A DNA stretch of 64,000 nucleotides, taken from NCBI GenBank assembly GCA_964016885.1, contig OZ024747.1, positions 3,534,001 through 3,598,000 on the forward strand. The letters are read 5' to 3'. Source of the stretch: Eledone cirrhosa (Eukaryota). Below are positions 26,750 through 39,829 of the stretch, in pieces; the stretch's first letter is position 1, and the number at the start of each line of letters is the position of its first letter. A program made the position numbers and the translations under genes. A model generated the notes under the pieces. That model saw nothing but the letters and a program-made list of their open reading frames with translations, ran no database searches and had not been told where the DNA came from.

Positions 26750-27786
26750 TGGGAATTATTTTCTTTGTTTTTTGTGCCTCTCCTTTGTTCTGTCCTATGC
26801 CATCTTGTGTTTGTGTGTTGTGTGCTTAGTCTGTGCATGTGTTACATCCGGGTGTCTGTGTGTGTTTATATTTGTTTATTTATTTGTTTATTTACATGTT
26901 ACTGGTTGGTTGTTTGTTCTATGTGTGTGTGTGTTTTCATTTTGTCCTTAATTGTAAGTTGTGATGTTGCGGTTCCATTCATGTTTTCTATTTAATTTTG
27001 GTTGGAGTTCATTTATGTTCATTGCCTCTGTGATTTGTCTAAACATTGCGTCTTTTCTGTGTGTAGATTCTATTTTTATTTCTATGTTCTCTAATTTACC
27101 CTTATGTTCTATTTTAGCATGTTGGTGGAGTACAGATGATTCTTTACTATCTTGAAGCTCCAGCAAATAGCTAACTCCATCCACCAGAGTATTAGAGTTA
27201 CTATAGACTACCCAAGCAAACACCCCAACCATCGATTACCTGTACTAGACACAGAGCTCTGGTTAGATACCATTAATAACAATAAACAAATCCTCCATTC
27301 ACATTATGCCAAACCCATGACTTCCAAATATCTGATCCACCGTATAGGGGAACGGATAAAGGAGCACTGGCAGGAGCTTCAAGATAGTAAAGAATCATCT
27401 GTACTCCACCAACATGCTAAAATAGAACATAATGGTAAATTAGAGAACACAGAAATAAAAATAGAATTTACACACAGAAAAGATGCAATGTTTAGACAAA
27501 TCACGGAGGCAATAAACATAAATGAACTCGAACCAAAATTAAATAGAAAACATGAATGGAACAGCAACATCACAACTTACAATTAAGGACAAAATGAAAA
27601 CACACACACGCATAGAACAAACAACCAACCAGTTACATGTAAATAAACAAATAAATAAATAAATATAAACACACACAGACACCCGGATGTAGCACATGCG
27701 CAGACTAAGCACACAACACACACAAAAACAAGATGGCGTAGGATAGAACAAAGGAGAGGCACAAAAAACAAAGAAAATAATCCCCA

Positions 27787-27829
27787 GTCACTGAAGAGGT
27801 CACTTAATGTGTGACGAAAGAACTTTGAC
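27787..27829 (+). ncRNA. Minimal type-I hammerhead ribozyme (family A)
   Basis: GTCA-CTGAAGAG-GTCAC(loop)GTGAC-GAAAG-aa-CTT|TGAC: stem I GTCA/TGAC, stem II GTCAC/GTGAC, minimal stem III. Confidence 0.75.
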
Positions 27830-28222
27830 AATATATGAACAATCGTCTGGTTGTGGAACCAACCAGCCAACCGGAAATTTATAAATTCCTAAATTTATAA
27901 TAAATTAAAGTGAAAGCAACTGGTGTGTGTGTTTCTTATTGGCAACATGACCCTCCCAAAGCATAACAATATCAGTTTCAACACACGTTTTCAGATAAAG
28001 AATCTTGCTAAACAAATTCAGAAACGAAATATATATATATATACAATACATAAACAGAGAAAGCCTTAAGCGATACTCTGACCAACTCCATCTCACTCAA
28101 CAAACATTAGGATATACCTAAGTATTATCCCAATTTAGTGTTTGGGGTGCTAACTAATCAGTATTTCGTGGATAGCTGGTTGTATTATTTTATATGAGAC
28201 ATTATTAAATAAATATCTTTTT

Positions 28223-28352
28223 CCTTCTAGACGGCCGTTTCGTTATAAAATTTCTACAATTTGGGATAAATAATTTCCAGGTTATGTAGAAACTTGTATA
28301 TAATCCATAGTTTTATACACAAGCGGGCTCTTATAAACTCATCAGTGGATGG
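28223..28352 (-). ncRNA. Type-I hammerhead ribozyme with large branched stem II (family D)
   Basis: Minus strand: CCATCCA-CTGATGA-GTTTATAA...TTATAAC-GAAAC-GGCC-GTC|TAGAAGG. Palindromic loop 3, two internal hairpins in stem II, two mismatches in stem I. Confidence 0.65.
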
Positions 28353-28559
28353 CCAAATAATATCGATATAAGAATTATATCGACATTAATAGATTAGTGT
28401 TGGTCTCCCTCAGCGCTAAGAAGAGACTGGTAGATTCTAAAATCCAGCAGTCCTCCCAAAGATAAAATACACGCTGTCCCCAAGAGGGTAAGGGGAGATC
28501 TTCTTAAAATAAAACAATATACACACTGGGCAACATATATATATATATATATATATATG

Positions 28560-28614
<55 letters not shown>

Positions 28615-28694
28615 GTGTGTATATATGATATATATATATCATCATTATCATCATCATTTATGAATACATATATAAATATCTATCTATCTATCTA

Positions 28695-28742
<48 letters not shown>

Positions 28743-29067
28743 TATACACACGCACATACAGATTAGAAGGTTTATTACAAGATTGAGTTACATGTGACAT
28801 TACATATCTGTAACAACAACAACAACAGCCACAATGTTTCACAGGAGAAGAAGTAAATAACAAAACAAGATGTCCTCCACATAGTCACAAGTAATTTTGG
28901 CTTATATAAACAGTGAAGATGAATGGCTCAGTGGTCAGTGTTTTAGATTCACAATTGTGAGGTTGTCACTTCGATTCCTAGGTTGGATGTTGTGTTGCGT
29001 CCTCGATTAAGACACATCATTTCACATTGGTATTTCATGTTGGTCCTTCTGCCAGGAGTTGACACTA

Positions 29068-29900
29068 GGAGATAGTATCAGCACCAGGAAAGATCAATGG
29101 AAGTATTGTTTCCTCAGTCCGATCTGATGGGTTCTCCCTTATTTGGGAGACAGTATCAGCAACAGGAAAGATCAATGGAAGTATTGTTTCCTCAGTCCGA
29201 TCTGATGGGTTCTCCCTTATTTGGGAGACAGTATCAGCAACAGGAAAGATCAATGGAAGTATTGTTTCCTCAGTCCGATCTGATGGGTTCTCCCTTATTT
29301 GGGAGACAGTATCAGCAACAGGAAAGATCAATGGAAGTATTGTTTCCTCAGTCCGATCTGATGGGTTCTCCCTTATTTGGGAGACAGTATCAGCAACAGG
29401 AAAGATCAATGGAAGTATTGTTTCCTCAGTCCGATCTGATGGGTTCTCCCTTATTTGGGAGACAGTATCAGCAACAGGAAAGATCAATGGAAGTATTGTT
29501 TCCTCAGTCCGATCTGATGGGTTCTCCCTTATTTGGGAGACAGTATCAGCAACAGGAAAGATCAATGGAAGTATTGTTTCCTCAGTCCGATCTGATGGGT
29601 TCTCCCTTATTTGGGAGACAGTATCAGCAACAGGAAAGATCAATGGAAGTATTGTTTCCTCAGTCCGATCTGATGGGTTCTCCCTTATTTGGGAGACAGT
29701 ATCAGCAACAGGAAAGATCAATGGAAGTATTGTTTCCTCAGTCCGATCTGATGGGTTCTCCCTTATTTGGGAGACAGTATCAGCAACAGGAAAGATCAAT
29801 GGAAGTATTGTTTCCTCAGTCCGATCTGATGGGTTCTCCCTTATTTGGGAGACAGTATCAGCAACAGGAAAGATCAATGGAAGTATTGTTTCCTCAGTCC
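29068..29900. repeat. 78-bp minisatellite, about 10.7 virtually identical copies
   Basis: Unit ggagacagtatcagcaacaggaaagatcaatggaagtattgtttcctcagtccgatctgatgggttctcccttatttg. Confidence 0.95.
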
Positions 29901-30629
29901 AATGTAACAAGTTCCATCTCATTTGGTAAGTGAATAAGGTCTGAAATCTTGTTGATTCAGATCATATAAACATTAAATAAAGTAGTGTTAGATATACTTA
30001 TATCAAAGATGGGATAGGCATGGCTCGAATGTCTTATGCCTTAAATCATAGATTTGTTTAATTGAGTCTGACCTAGATTAGATAACTACAACTACAACAA
30101 CAACTAGAAGAAGATCAGAATAACCCTCTGTTGGTTTTGATGATGAATGTTCCTGTTTACATTAACATGTAAGTGGCCAGGTATTCCACAGACACATGTA
30201 CCCTTACAGTAGTTCTCAGGGAGATTCAGTGTGAAACAGTGTGTGACAAGGCTGGACATGTACAGCCTATTTAACAGGATAGCAAGCAATTTTTGTCTAC
30301 ACAGACTCTCTCTAAAGGTGTGGGCTGGCTAAGGTGAATGACACTTGCTCAGGATGCCATGCTTTAGGATTGAACCCATGACCTAGTGATTGCAAAGTGA
30401 ACTCCTTAACCATCTGGTCATGCTGTGCCAACACAACAACATGAACAACAACAAATAGGCCTTAACATGGTAATTTCACTTTTTAGAAGTTGTTGTATAT
30501 GAAAAGGAGACACATTAGATAATGTAGCCCTAGGTAGACCCTCCTAAAAGAAGGAGTGTTCACAGCTAAAATATTTATGACCATAAGTCTGCTCAAGACT
30601 GACCTGGGATAAACAATAACAACAACAAT

Positions 30630-30850
30630 AATTGTTTCTACATTTGGCACAAGGTCAGTCATTTTGAAAGGGAGGGGAAAGTCGATTAGATTGACCTCAG
30701 TGCATTACTGGTACTGTATTTTATTGACTATCTGAGGATGAAAAGTATAACTAACTTCGGCAGGATTTGAACTCAGAATGTAAAGGGCCATAACAATATG
30801 CCGCAAAGTATGTTGTCTGACGCTCTAACGATACTACTGCTAATCCACTT
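30630..30850 (-). mobile_element. Meta-like SINE
   Basis: ggcacaagg…ggatgaaaag…ggatttgaactcag. Confidence 0.65.
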
Positions 30851-31982
30851 CTCGAACAACACCAACAACAACAACAATGACAACAATAGCAATAATAAAG
30901 ACAAATACAAAATCAACAACGATGACAACAACAATAACAACAAGAACACCAACTACAACAATAAGGACAGCAACAACAACAAGAACAGCTACAACAGCAA
31001 TTATAACAATGATGATGACATCAACATAACGATAACAACAACAACAACAACAACAACATGACAACAATAACAACAATAATGACATCAACATGAGAACAAC
31101 AAAAACCATAATAACAACAACAAGAATAAGAAATGGAATGAAGAATATTTTATAATATTGCATGTGGTTTGATATTCTTTATTGTCGCATGTTAAAGAAT
31201 CTTTACCCTTGAGGCAAATATAGACCCCCCCCTCTACTATTTCCTGTTGTTGAGTGACGAATTGAAATTATTAATTCATCTTTTACAATCCATTTTCTCT
31301 GAGAAATTCACTTGGATTTCACATTTTCATATGTATACACACACACACATACACATACACACATACACACATACATACATACATATATATATATGTACAC
31401 ACACATTCACACATATAATCATATATACACACATACACACATTTACACACATGCACAGATAAATGCACACACACATGTATATATATATATATGTGTGTGT
31501 ATATATATATAAATATACACATACACAAATACACACACATTCACACTCAGAAGAATACAAACACAAATGCACACATTCACACAGCTACACAGATACACAC
31601 ATACACACACAAACACATATACACATACACAGATACCTACACATACACACATGCACATACAATTCATGCACATATACACATACAAATTTACACAAATACA
31701 CAGGTAAATATAGAGGTATATATATATATATATATATACACACACATATATACACACACATATATATATACACATATATATATATACTCACATATATACT
31801 CACATATATATATGCATATATATACACACATATATAGGCATATTCACAGACACTAAATCAATAGATATTCAAAAATACACATGCATAAATACAGATATAT
31901 GTGTGTGAGTGTGTGTATATATATACACATATATATGTATATATATATATAGCATATAGACAATATGCATATAGACAATATG

Positions 31983-32265
31983 CCCCCACACCCTCCCACT
32001 GCAAGGTGGTCGTGGAGGTGCCACGGCAAAAAAGCACCCAGCCCACACTGTAAAGTGGACGTGTAGGCGCCACGAAAAAGCACCCAGCACTCACTGTAAA
32101 TGAGGTTGGTGTTAGGAAGGGCATCCAGCTGTAGAAATCAAGCCAAATCAGTTCCTGTATGAGCAAGGCATGGTCAGCCGACCAGACACTGCACACAACA
32201 GGACAACCTGTCTAACCCATGCTAGCATGGAAGAACGGACGTAAAACGGTGATGATGATGATGAT
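31983..32265 (+). mobile_element. RTE-related non-autonomous element (related copies at 6393-6610 -, 46150-46320 +, 49800-49987 +)
   Basis: ggttggtgttaggaagggcatccagctgtagaa core, plus the shared tail cccatgctagc.tggaa…ggacgt.aaa.(gat)n. Confidence 0.65.
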
Positions 32266-33249
32266 ATATGTTTATCAGTGGCGAAGGGTAACCTGGAAAG
32301 CAGGGTATGCAGTCCAATCGCCATGCCGGAAAGCCGCATGTAGTGTTATCTAGTGTGTGTGTGTTGTCTTTTTTTGTGTCTACAATTTAGCAAGCAGCCA
32401 AAATTCTGTTTGCATCAACCAACGCAATTGATCAACTCAAGATTCTATAACGCATGCACACATCCTTTGCCCCTGATGTTTATATATATATGCACACATA
32501 CACACACGCACAAATATATATATATATAAGCATACATACACATACATAGACACATGTTCTCAAGAGATTTCACTTATCTCCCTTTAACATTAGTAAATTT
32601 AACCGAAACCACTGTGGACAGAACCAATGGAGAGCTGAATCTTGGGAAGACTGTTATAAATATTTCTCAATTAGAGAGATTCCCCTAGTGACATATCCTA
32701 ACACTCCCTCCCATAGCATGGGAATATCTCTATGATGAGAGCACATCTCCTATTGATTCATTTACAATATCCTACTATCTTTATTGATTTTTATTTTCAT
32801 TGATTTTTTGAATTTTTTTATTTTTATTTTTATTTTTATTTTTATTTTTATTTATTTTTTATAATTTCTCTTTTTTGTTAAATGTTTTGAGACTTGGGCA
32901 CATGTTTCTGGAAATTTAACACAGAAATTAGCAACAACAACAACAATGATGATAATAATAGTAGTAATAGTAGTAATAATAATAATGATGATGGTGATGA
33001 TGATGGTGATGATGAGTAAGGCTGCTAACACTAGAATGAAAATACAGAATTATAGGTGAAAGTTTGGAAGCAGAAAATATGTAGAGCATAGTAATTGTGT
33101 GTACATACACACACACACACAAACACACTATCACACACATATATATGTTTAGATAATATATATATATATATATATATATAGATATATATATATATATATA
33201 TATATCTATATATATATATATATATATATATGAAGTATATTGAAATGTC

Positions 33250-33710
33250 AGTTATATGATGCCTGTGTGAGATGCTGCATGGTAGTGAGACATGGGTAGC
33301 AACTGCAGAGGATATGCAACGGCTGGAGAGAAATGAAGCAAGCATGCTCCAATGGATGTGCAATGTCGACGAAGCATAGATGAGTTGAGAGAGAAACTGT
33401 GTATAGGAGAGATAAGCTGTAGTGTGCGGGAGAGAAGACTGCGTTGGTATGGCTATGTGATGCGCATGGAGGATGATTGCTGGGTAAAGAAGTGCCAAGA
33501 AATCCCAGTGGAAGAAGACGCAGTAGAGGAAGACAACAAAAAACATGGATGGAGGTGGTGAGAGCTGACCTCAGATCGCTGAAGCTTACAGAGGAGATGA
33601 CTTGAACCATGACGAAAGGAGAGATGCTGTGCTGAAGAGGACCCATGCCACCCTTGCAAGCAAGGAAAAGTAAGCATAAAATGATACTGCTGATGATGAT
33701 GATGATGACG
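33250..33710 (+). mobile_element. Decayed RTE-clade LINE 3' fragment
   Basis: ELREKL..GEISCSVRERRLRWYGYVMRM; same 3' end and (GAT)n tail as 3428-3620. Confidence 0.75.
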
Positions 33711-34003
33711 AGTAAAACTTAAGACAAAATCTCGATTTTGGGAAATATAAGCTGGATAGGCATAAACAACATTGACCATTCCAAGACATTGGAATAATCA
33801 ATATTGGAAGAATTACAATTCTTTCATCAGGGTAAGAATTCTTTGGAATAAGAGAAGTTGAATATTCCCCACAAAAAAATATTTTGGCCTAAGTTTTCAT
33901 ATATTTTATTACCTCTCTGAGAAGATAAATTACTAATAGATCACATCCTTTCATTGAATTGTCTCCGTATTAGGAACAATTAACTTTATAAATTGATATA
34001 TAT

Positions 34004-34727
34004 ATCATCATCATCATCGTTTAACGTCCATCTTCCACGCTTGCATGAGTTTGGACGGGAATTTTCCCACTTGAGGCAAGATTGGTTGTCCTGCTCATAT
34101 AGGACTGTCTGGTGGGTTTTCTACGGCTGGATTCCCTTCCTAACACCAACCACGTTTACAGTGTGGAACTGGGAGGTTTTTACCATGTTACCTACACGGC
34201 CACATTACAGCGTGGACTGTGTGTTTTTTTGTCGTGACACCTACACGACCTCATTTATTTCGGACTGGATGTTGTGGTACCAACATAACTTTACATTGAA
34301 AGAGGCGGTGTGGATGGGGTGGGGGTAGTGGGACGGGGGTGTATTTCTGTTAGATGTGCCTACTGACTGTAGGTTTCGCTTTGTACTTAGCCAAGGCGTG
34401 TCTTCTGTATTACTGTGTAGCGCCAAAAATCTCGGTCCAGTGATATTGTCTTGGAGAGGTGTAAGTGTGTGAGGTCGAAATTTATCAAGTTGTCCCAGGT
34501 TTTTCTGGGTCTGCCTACTCCGTGGCTACCGTCTATTTTTATCGCCCTGCAATTTTTTATACATATGTCGTCTTTCATGCGCATCACGTGACCGTACCAA
34601 CGTAGCCTTCTCTCGAGTAAACAACATCTAATCCCTCTTATTCCTAATTTCTCCCTTAGTTCGTTTATGCTTTGCCGTTCACGTATATTACTATTACACA
34701 TCCAGCGGAGCATGCAAGCTTCGTTCC
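34004..34727 (-). mobile_element. RTE-clade fragment plus RTE-related non-autonomous 3' module
   Basis: ORF 34387-34713 MLRWMC...ERRLRWYGHVMRM...GRPRKTW. The downstream module has ggttggtgttaggaaggg.atcc and a (GAT)n tail. Confidence 0.75.
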
Positions 34728-35304
34728 TATATATATATATAATCGTCTAACCCATACTAGCGGGGAAAAATGTATGTTAAATGGTGATGATGATGATGAT
34801 GATATATATATATTACACATATATATATTATATATATTGTATATATATTATATATATTATATAAGCTTATATATATATTTATATATATAAGTTTATATAA
34901 TATATATAATATATATACAATATATATATAATATATATAATATATATATGTGTAATATATATAAACCTATATATATATATGATGATGATGATGATATATA
35001 TATATAAACCTATATATAAACCTATATATATATATATAAATTACTGGTAGAATAGTGAGAAGCACCCAACCATGCAAGTCAACAAAACAAGCTTGATCCC
35101 TATTGAGCAATTTCACTTTTTGGTTTGTAGTCTGTGGCTCTGCTTAATAGCCTCAACTTTGGATAGTTTATATAATATTATCAGTAATATGAACACACAC
35201 ATATGTGTGTGTGTGTGTGTGTGTCTGTCTGTCTGTGTGTGTGTATGCGTGTGTGTCTGTGTAAGTGTGTATGTATGTGTATGTTTGTGCGTATGTATTG
35301 TTTA

Positions 35305-35415
35305 GCTAATCCCGCCGAGGTTGACTTTGCCTTTCATCCTTACGGGGTCGATAAAATAAAGTACCAGTAAGGCACTGGGTAATTGCTGGCCTTGTGCCTA
35401 AAGTAGAAACAATTA
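35305..35415 (+). mobile_element. Meta-like SINE fragment
   Basis: Nearly identical to 4608-4713. Confidence 0.7.
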
Positions 35416-35789
35416 TTATTTTAATTATTAATATTAACAGCCCAGAATTTGGATAGCTTATGTAATATTAGACACCCCATATATATATATATACAAGTGT
35501 GTGAGTGTGTATGTTTGTGTGTGTGTATGGTTATTACTATTATTATTATCATTATTTTATCAAGATGGTTGATTACCAGTATTGGTTGAATGCTGAACAA
35601 AATGCTTAGCAATATTTATTAAAGGAACTGGAAGGAATTATGTACATTGTAAAGAATTATAATTATTTTTATAGCTTTGAAGCTGTATCAGTGGATCAAC
35701 ATCCCAGGAGTTTTGACATTATTGGATGCTCTGCTCCTGACCCTAAACTCCTGGCCCTTCAGTCCCTGGGATAGCTTCACGTTTTAATA

Positions 35790-36240
35790 ATTTCTGATTT
35801 AGGTACAAGGCTGACAATTTGAGGGAGAGGAAAGTCAATCAAATCGAACCCAGTGAATTGATTTTACTTTATTTTATTGACCTCATCAGGGTGAAAGGCA
35901 AAGCTAAGCTCAGATTTGAACTCAGAACGTAAAGGGACATGACTCTATGCTGCAAAACGTTGTCCAATGCTCTAGTAATACTGCCTATCTACCATCCTTA
36001 TACAAATATATATTGGTTTCTTATATAGGAACAAGGCCAGCAATTTTAGGGGAGGGGAAAGTCGATTAAATCGACCTCAGTGTGTGACTGGTACTTTATT
36101 TTATTGACCCCCCCCCCCGTAAGGATGAAAGGCAATGTTAACCTCAGCGAGATTTGAACTCAGATCATAAAGGGACATAACTCTTTGCTGCGAAGCATGG
36201 CGTCTGACTCTCTACCAATGCTGCCAATCCACTGCCCTTG
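35790..36240 (-). mobile_element. Two tandem Meta-like SINEs
   Basis: Same arrangement as 268-672. Confidence 0.7.
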
Positions 36241-36629
36241 TGCTGATACAAATAATGTTGAATACTTTTGCTTATTGTTGTAATAATATTGCCAGAAATA
36301 ATAATAGAACACACTCATTGTTTGGTTGGTTTTCGCTTCTGTATCTTTTATATCTCCATAGTTAATTTAGTTGGCAATCAATGTTTAAAAATACAGATAT
36401 AAATATATATATATAGTCTATAAAAGTTCTTTCATTGCACATCTGCAACATCAACAGTGGCACTATTATGTTCCCTCCTATTGTATTGTAATGTCTACAC
36501 CATTTTTATATATATATATAATTGGCTTTGTCACAGTTTTCATCTGCTAAATAGCACTCACAGGACATTGCTCAAGCCACCATTGCTGAAATGGTACTTG
36601 AAATTCTGTGGAATATTCAGCCACTTGAA

Positions 36630-36940
36630 GCATGATTCAATGGATGTGCAATGTTAATGTAAGATAATGACAGAGCTAGGATGAACTGAGAGAAAAATTG
36701 TGGATGAGATAAATCAGAAGTAATGATCAAGTAATGACTGCATTAGTATGGACATTTAATGTGAATAACTGGTAATAACTGGTTGAAGAAGAGCCAAGAA
36801 ATCCCAGTGGAAAGAAGCCATAGTAGAGGTAAACCAAGTTGAGGTGGTGTGAGCTGATCCTAAATTGCTGAAACTTAGAGTGGAGATAACAAAGGAATGC
36901 AACATGTGGAGAGTTACTCTGCTAAAAAGGACCTGTTGAT
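36630..36940 (+). mobile_element. Decayed RTE 3' fragment
   Basis: Similar to 33340-33640 (aagaaatcccagtggaa…gaggtggtg.gagctga). Confidence 0.55.
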
Positions 36941-37259
36941 AAGTAGTTTTCACAGACTCTTATCGGATTACCTTTAACAATTTATTGTTATCCTATATAT
37001 ATATATTTCACATTGCTTCAGTTTAGTCAGCTGTAGAAATGAGTTGCAATGACACAGGTGCCAAGCTGTATCGGCCATTGCCTTTCCCTTGAACAACATC
37101 GGTGGCGTGGTGAGGGGAGGCTGGTATGCTTGGGCGACTGTTGGTCTTCCACAAACAACCTTGCCCAGACTTGTACTTTGGAGCGAAACTTTCTAGGTGC
37201 AAATCCCATGGTCATTTGTGACTGAAGGGTGTCTATACTTATATATATATATATATATA

Positions 37260-37457
37260 TAGGAATGAGTAGGACCCCAACGGCTAATTCTGGACTAAAA
37301 TGAGTCTAAACTTTTAGTCCAGAATTAGCCGTCGAAACGGCTTGAGCTCAGCCGTCGGGGTCCTACTCGTTCCTATTACCCACTCTACTACCCTAAGTAT
37401 TGAGTACTTTGGTGCGTTATGGTCCACCTGGTTCCTTACCACATTTCCTTCGTTATA
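37260..37457 (+). mobile_element. Short (TA)n-inserted fold-back repeat (family G)
   Basis: Shares its 3' end (…agtattgagtact.tggtgcgtta.ggtcca.ctggttccttaccaca.ttcctt.gttata) with 3277-3405 and 39636-39829; the 5' part is a nested inversion. Confidence 0.65.
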
Positions 37458-37618
37458 TATATATGCATATAACCAAAGATTAATATGGTTCATTGATTAC
37501 TCAATGAATATAGTTTTACAATAGATTAAAACCACTCAACAGTAAAAATTTTCCTGGAGATTTTAATATTATTCAAAATATTAACAAATGAAGATATTCA
37601 CATAATCAAAATATATGC

Positions 37619-37676
37619 TTTATTATATATTTCGAAGGTACTGCGTTGTTTTTTCAGTACGTCCTCGTCAAATAAA
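37619..37676 (-). ncRNA. Hammerhead-like motif with C3U core variant (family E)
   Basis: Minus strand: TTTAT-TTGACGA-GGAC-GTACTG...CAGTAC-CTTC-GAAATATATA|ATAAA. Confidence 0.55.
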
Positions 37677-38239
37677 ATATATGATTTGATATATGACATA
37701 TCTCTACGGTCTTGATAGTTCAATTCCTGTATTGGCAGTGATTTATTTCATCAAATCTCAACATTTATATACCACAAATAATAATATGATAAACTTAACG
37801 AAGAAAAGGACGTGGAGCGCATGAGAGATATAAGGGAGGGTGTAAAGAAGAGGAAGGCAAGAAAAATAAAAAAATAAAATAAATACATACATAAATATTT
37901 AAATGAATAAAAATAAATAAATGGATGGATGAATTGAGGAAGAAGAAAGGAGCAATAACGACAAAAGAGAGGGAACATAAAATATATGGGGCGATAGATA
38001 GGAAAAACCGTTGTTTTCAAATATTAGGTCAATTGAGGCAACCAATCAATTACCATAAACCATTGAATATCTCTTGTATTTGATTATGGTTAAGCTAATT
38101 ATATATGTATATATATGTATATTATATATGCATATATATATACACACATATACACTGATGTATTCTTCTTAGATGAATCTGTTTAAACTATACTTGAAAG
38201 GGAATGTAGATTACTAGTTTTTTTAACCTGACTGATAAA

Positions 38240-38470
38240 ATGACAAGTCAGTCCATCATATTGGTGGCCTCCCCACGGCTTCGGTGGACAGAATAGAGAA
38301 GACGTTTCCCCGGAGGACGGTAAGGGAGACACGCTGGAAAAGCCATTCCAGCTCGTGGGACTCACACCTGCGGCCGGCCAACTCAGCACCTATGGTGGTG
38401 AGTAGGGAGGTAGCCATAGGACCAAAGACACCAGAAGTCTCCACTGCCAAGGGTACAACTGCAAACCTGA
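38240..38470 (-). mobile_element. CRE-clade non-LTR retrotransposon 3' fragment (restriction-like endonuclease)
   Basis: FAVVPLAVETSGVFGPMATSLL...LFQRVSLTVLRGN matches the RLE C-terminus pattern. Confidence 0.7.
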
Positions 38471-38913
38471 ATATATATATATATATCATCTTTATCATCA
38501 TTTCTAATCAATGTCTAATTTATGACCCTTTTGGTTATGAATGACCATGGAATTTGCTTCTAGAAAGACACAAGTCCAAGCAAGGTTGTTTGTAGAAGTT
38601 CAGAAGTCGCCCATGCCTGTCTCCTCTCTCCATGCCATCAATGTTCTCCAAGAATCAAAACCACCTGGTCCAAAAATCGAACTCACAAACTTCTGATTGC
38701 AAGCCAAATACACTTACCACTAAACCATGCCTCATTTATTTGTGTCAAATGTTGGAAGTTTAAATATATTCTAACATAAATATATAGACGAATATATAGA
38801 ACAACACACAACATAAAAAATAACATACTTACACATGCCACATGTATGTGAACATTTATATACGTATATAGTGAGAGACTGCGAGACATATTGATATACT
38901 TATATATATATAT

Positions 38914-39466
38914 ATCATCATCATCATCATCATCGTTTAACGTCCATGTTCCACGCTTGCATGGGTTTGGACGGGAGTTTTCCCACTTGAGGCAAGAGTG
39001 GTTGTCATTGCTCGCATAGGACTGTCTGGCGGGTTTTCTACAGCCGGATGCCCTTCCTAACACCAACCACATTTACAGTGTGGGGCTGGGAGGTTTTTAC
39101 CGTGTTGCCTACATGGCCACATTACAGCGTGGACTGTGTGTTTTTTGTCGTGACACCTACACGATCTCATTTGTTTCGGCCTGGATGTTGTGGCACCAAC
39201 ATAACTTTACATTGAAAGGGGCGGTGTGGATGGGGTGGTGGTGGTGGGACGGGGGGGGGGGTGTATTTTGTTAGAGGTGCCTACTGACTGTAGTAGGTTT
39301 TACTTTGTATTTAGGTAAGGCGGGTCTTCTCTATTAATGAGTACCGCCAAAGGTCTCGGTCCAGTGACATTGTCTTGGAGAGGTGTAAGTGTGTGAGGTC
39401 GGAATTTATCAGCTCGTCCCAGGTTTTTCTGGGTCTGCCTACTCCGTGGCTACCGTCTATCTTTAT
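38914..39466 (-). mobile_element. Second copy of the RTE-related element at 34004-34545
   Basis: High colinear identity to 34004-34545. Confidence 0.75.
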
Positions 39467-39635
39467 TTATATATATATATATACTCACATGTAGCAACAT
39501 ACTAATGCAAGCATAAAGTAGACCTTTGAAATCCACAACAGTAATATAAACATACATATATTATTAAAAACACAAACACACACATAAACGCACATACTAT
39601 ATATATATATAAATGTATATATATATATATATATA

Positions 39636-39829
39636 TAACGAAGGAAGTGTGGTAAGGAGCCAGATGGACCATAACGCACCAGAGTACTCAATACTTTGAG
39701 CAGTAGAGAGGGTAGTAGGAAAATGTTCAACCCCGACAGCAGAGCTCGAGCCATTTCGACGGCTATTTCTGTCCAGAAATAGCCGTCGAAATGGCTTGAG
39801 CTCTGCCGTCGGGATTGAACATTTTTCTA
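39636..39829 (-). mobile_element. Short (TA)n-inserted fold-back repeat (family G)
   Basis: Reverse copy of family G, with a hairpin of about 55-bp arms centred on gacggctatttctg-tc-cagaaatagccgtc. Confidence 0.65.

Larger units (their letters stand above)
26569..27972 (+). mobile_element. Penelope-like element, internally deleted, with inverted pseudo-LTR copy
   Basis: ORF 27152-27586 fuses an RT C-terminal fragment (SIRVTIDYP...LPVLDTELW...HYAKP) to the C-terminal part of a GIY-YIG endonuclease (ERIKEH...SVLHQHAKIEH...RQITEAININELEPKLN). 26569-27161 is an inverted copy of 27373-27972. Each arm carries a hammerhead; flanked by (TA)n. Confidence 0.85.

Noticed and set aside
29065-29933. CRISPR-like array or repetitive protein
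   Set aside because: No unique spacers, eukaryotic context, identical units; the ORFs follow from a stop-free 78-bp unit. CTGATGG followed by a hairpin lacks the adjacent GAAA, so it is not a hammerhead.
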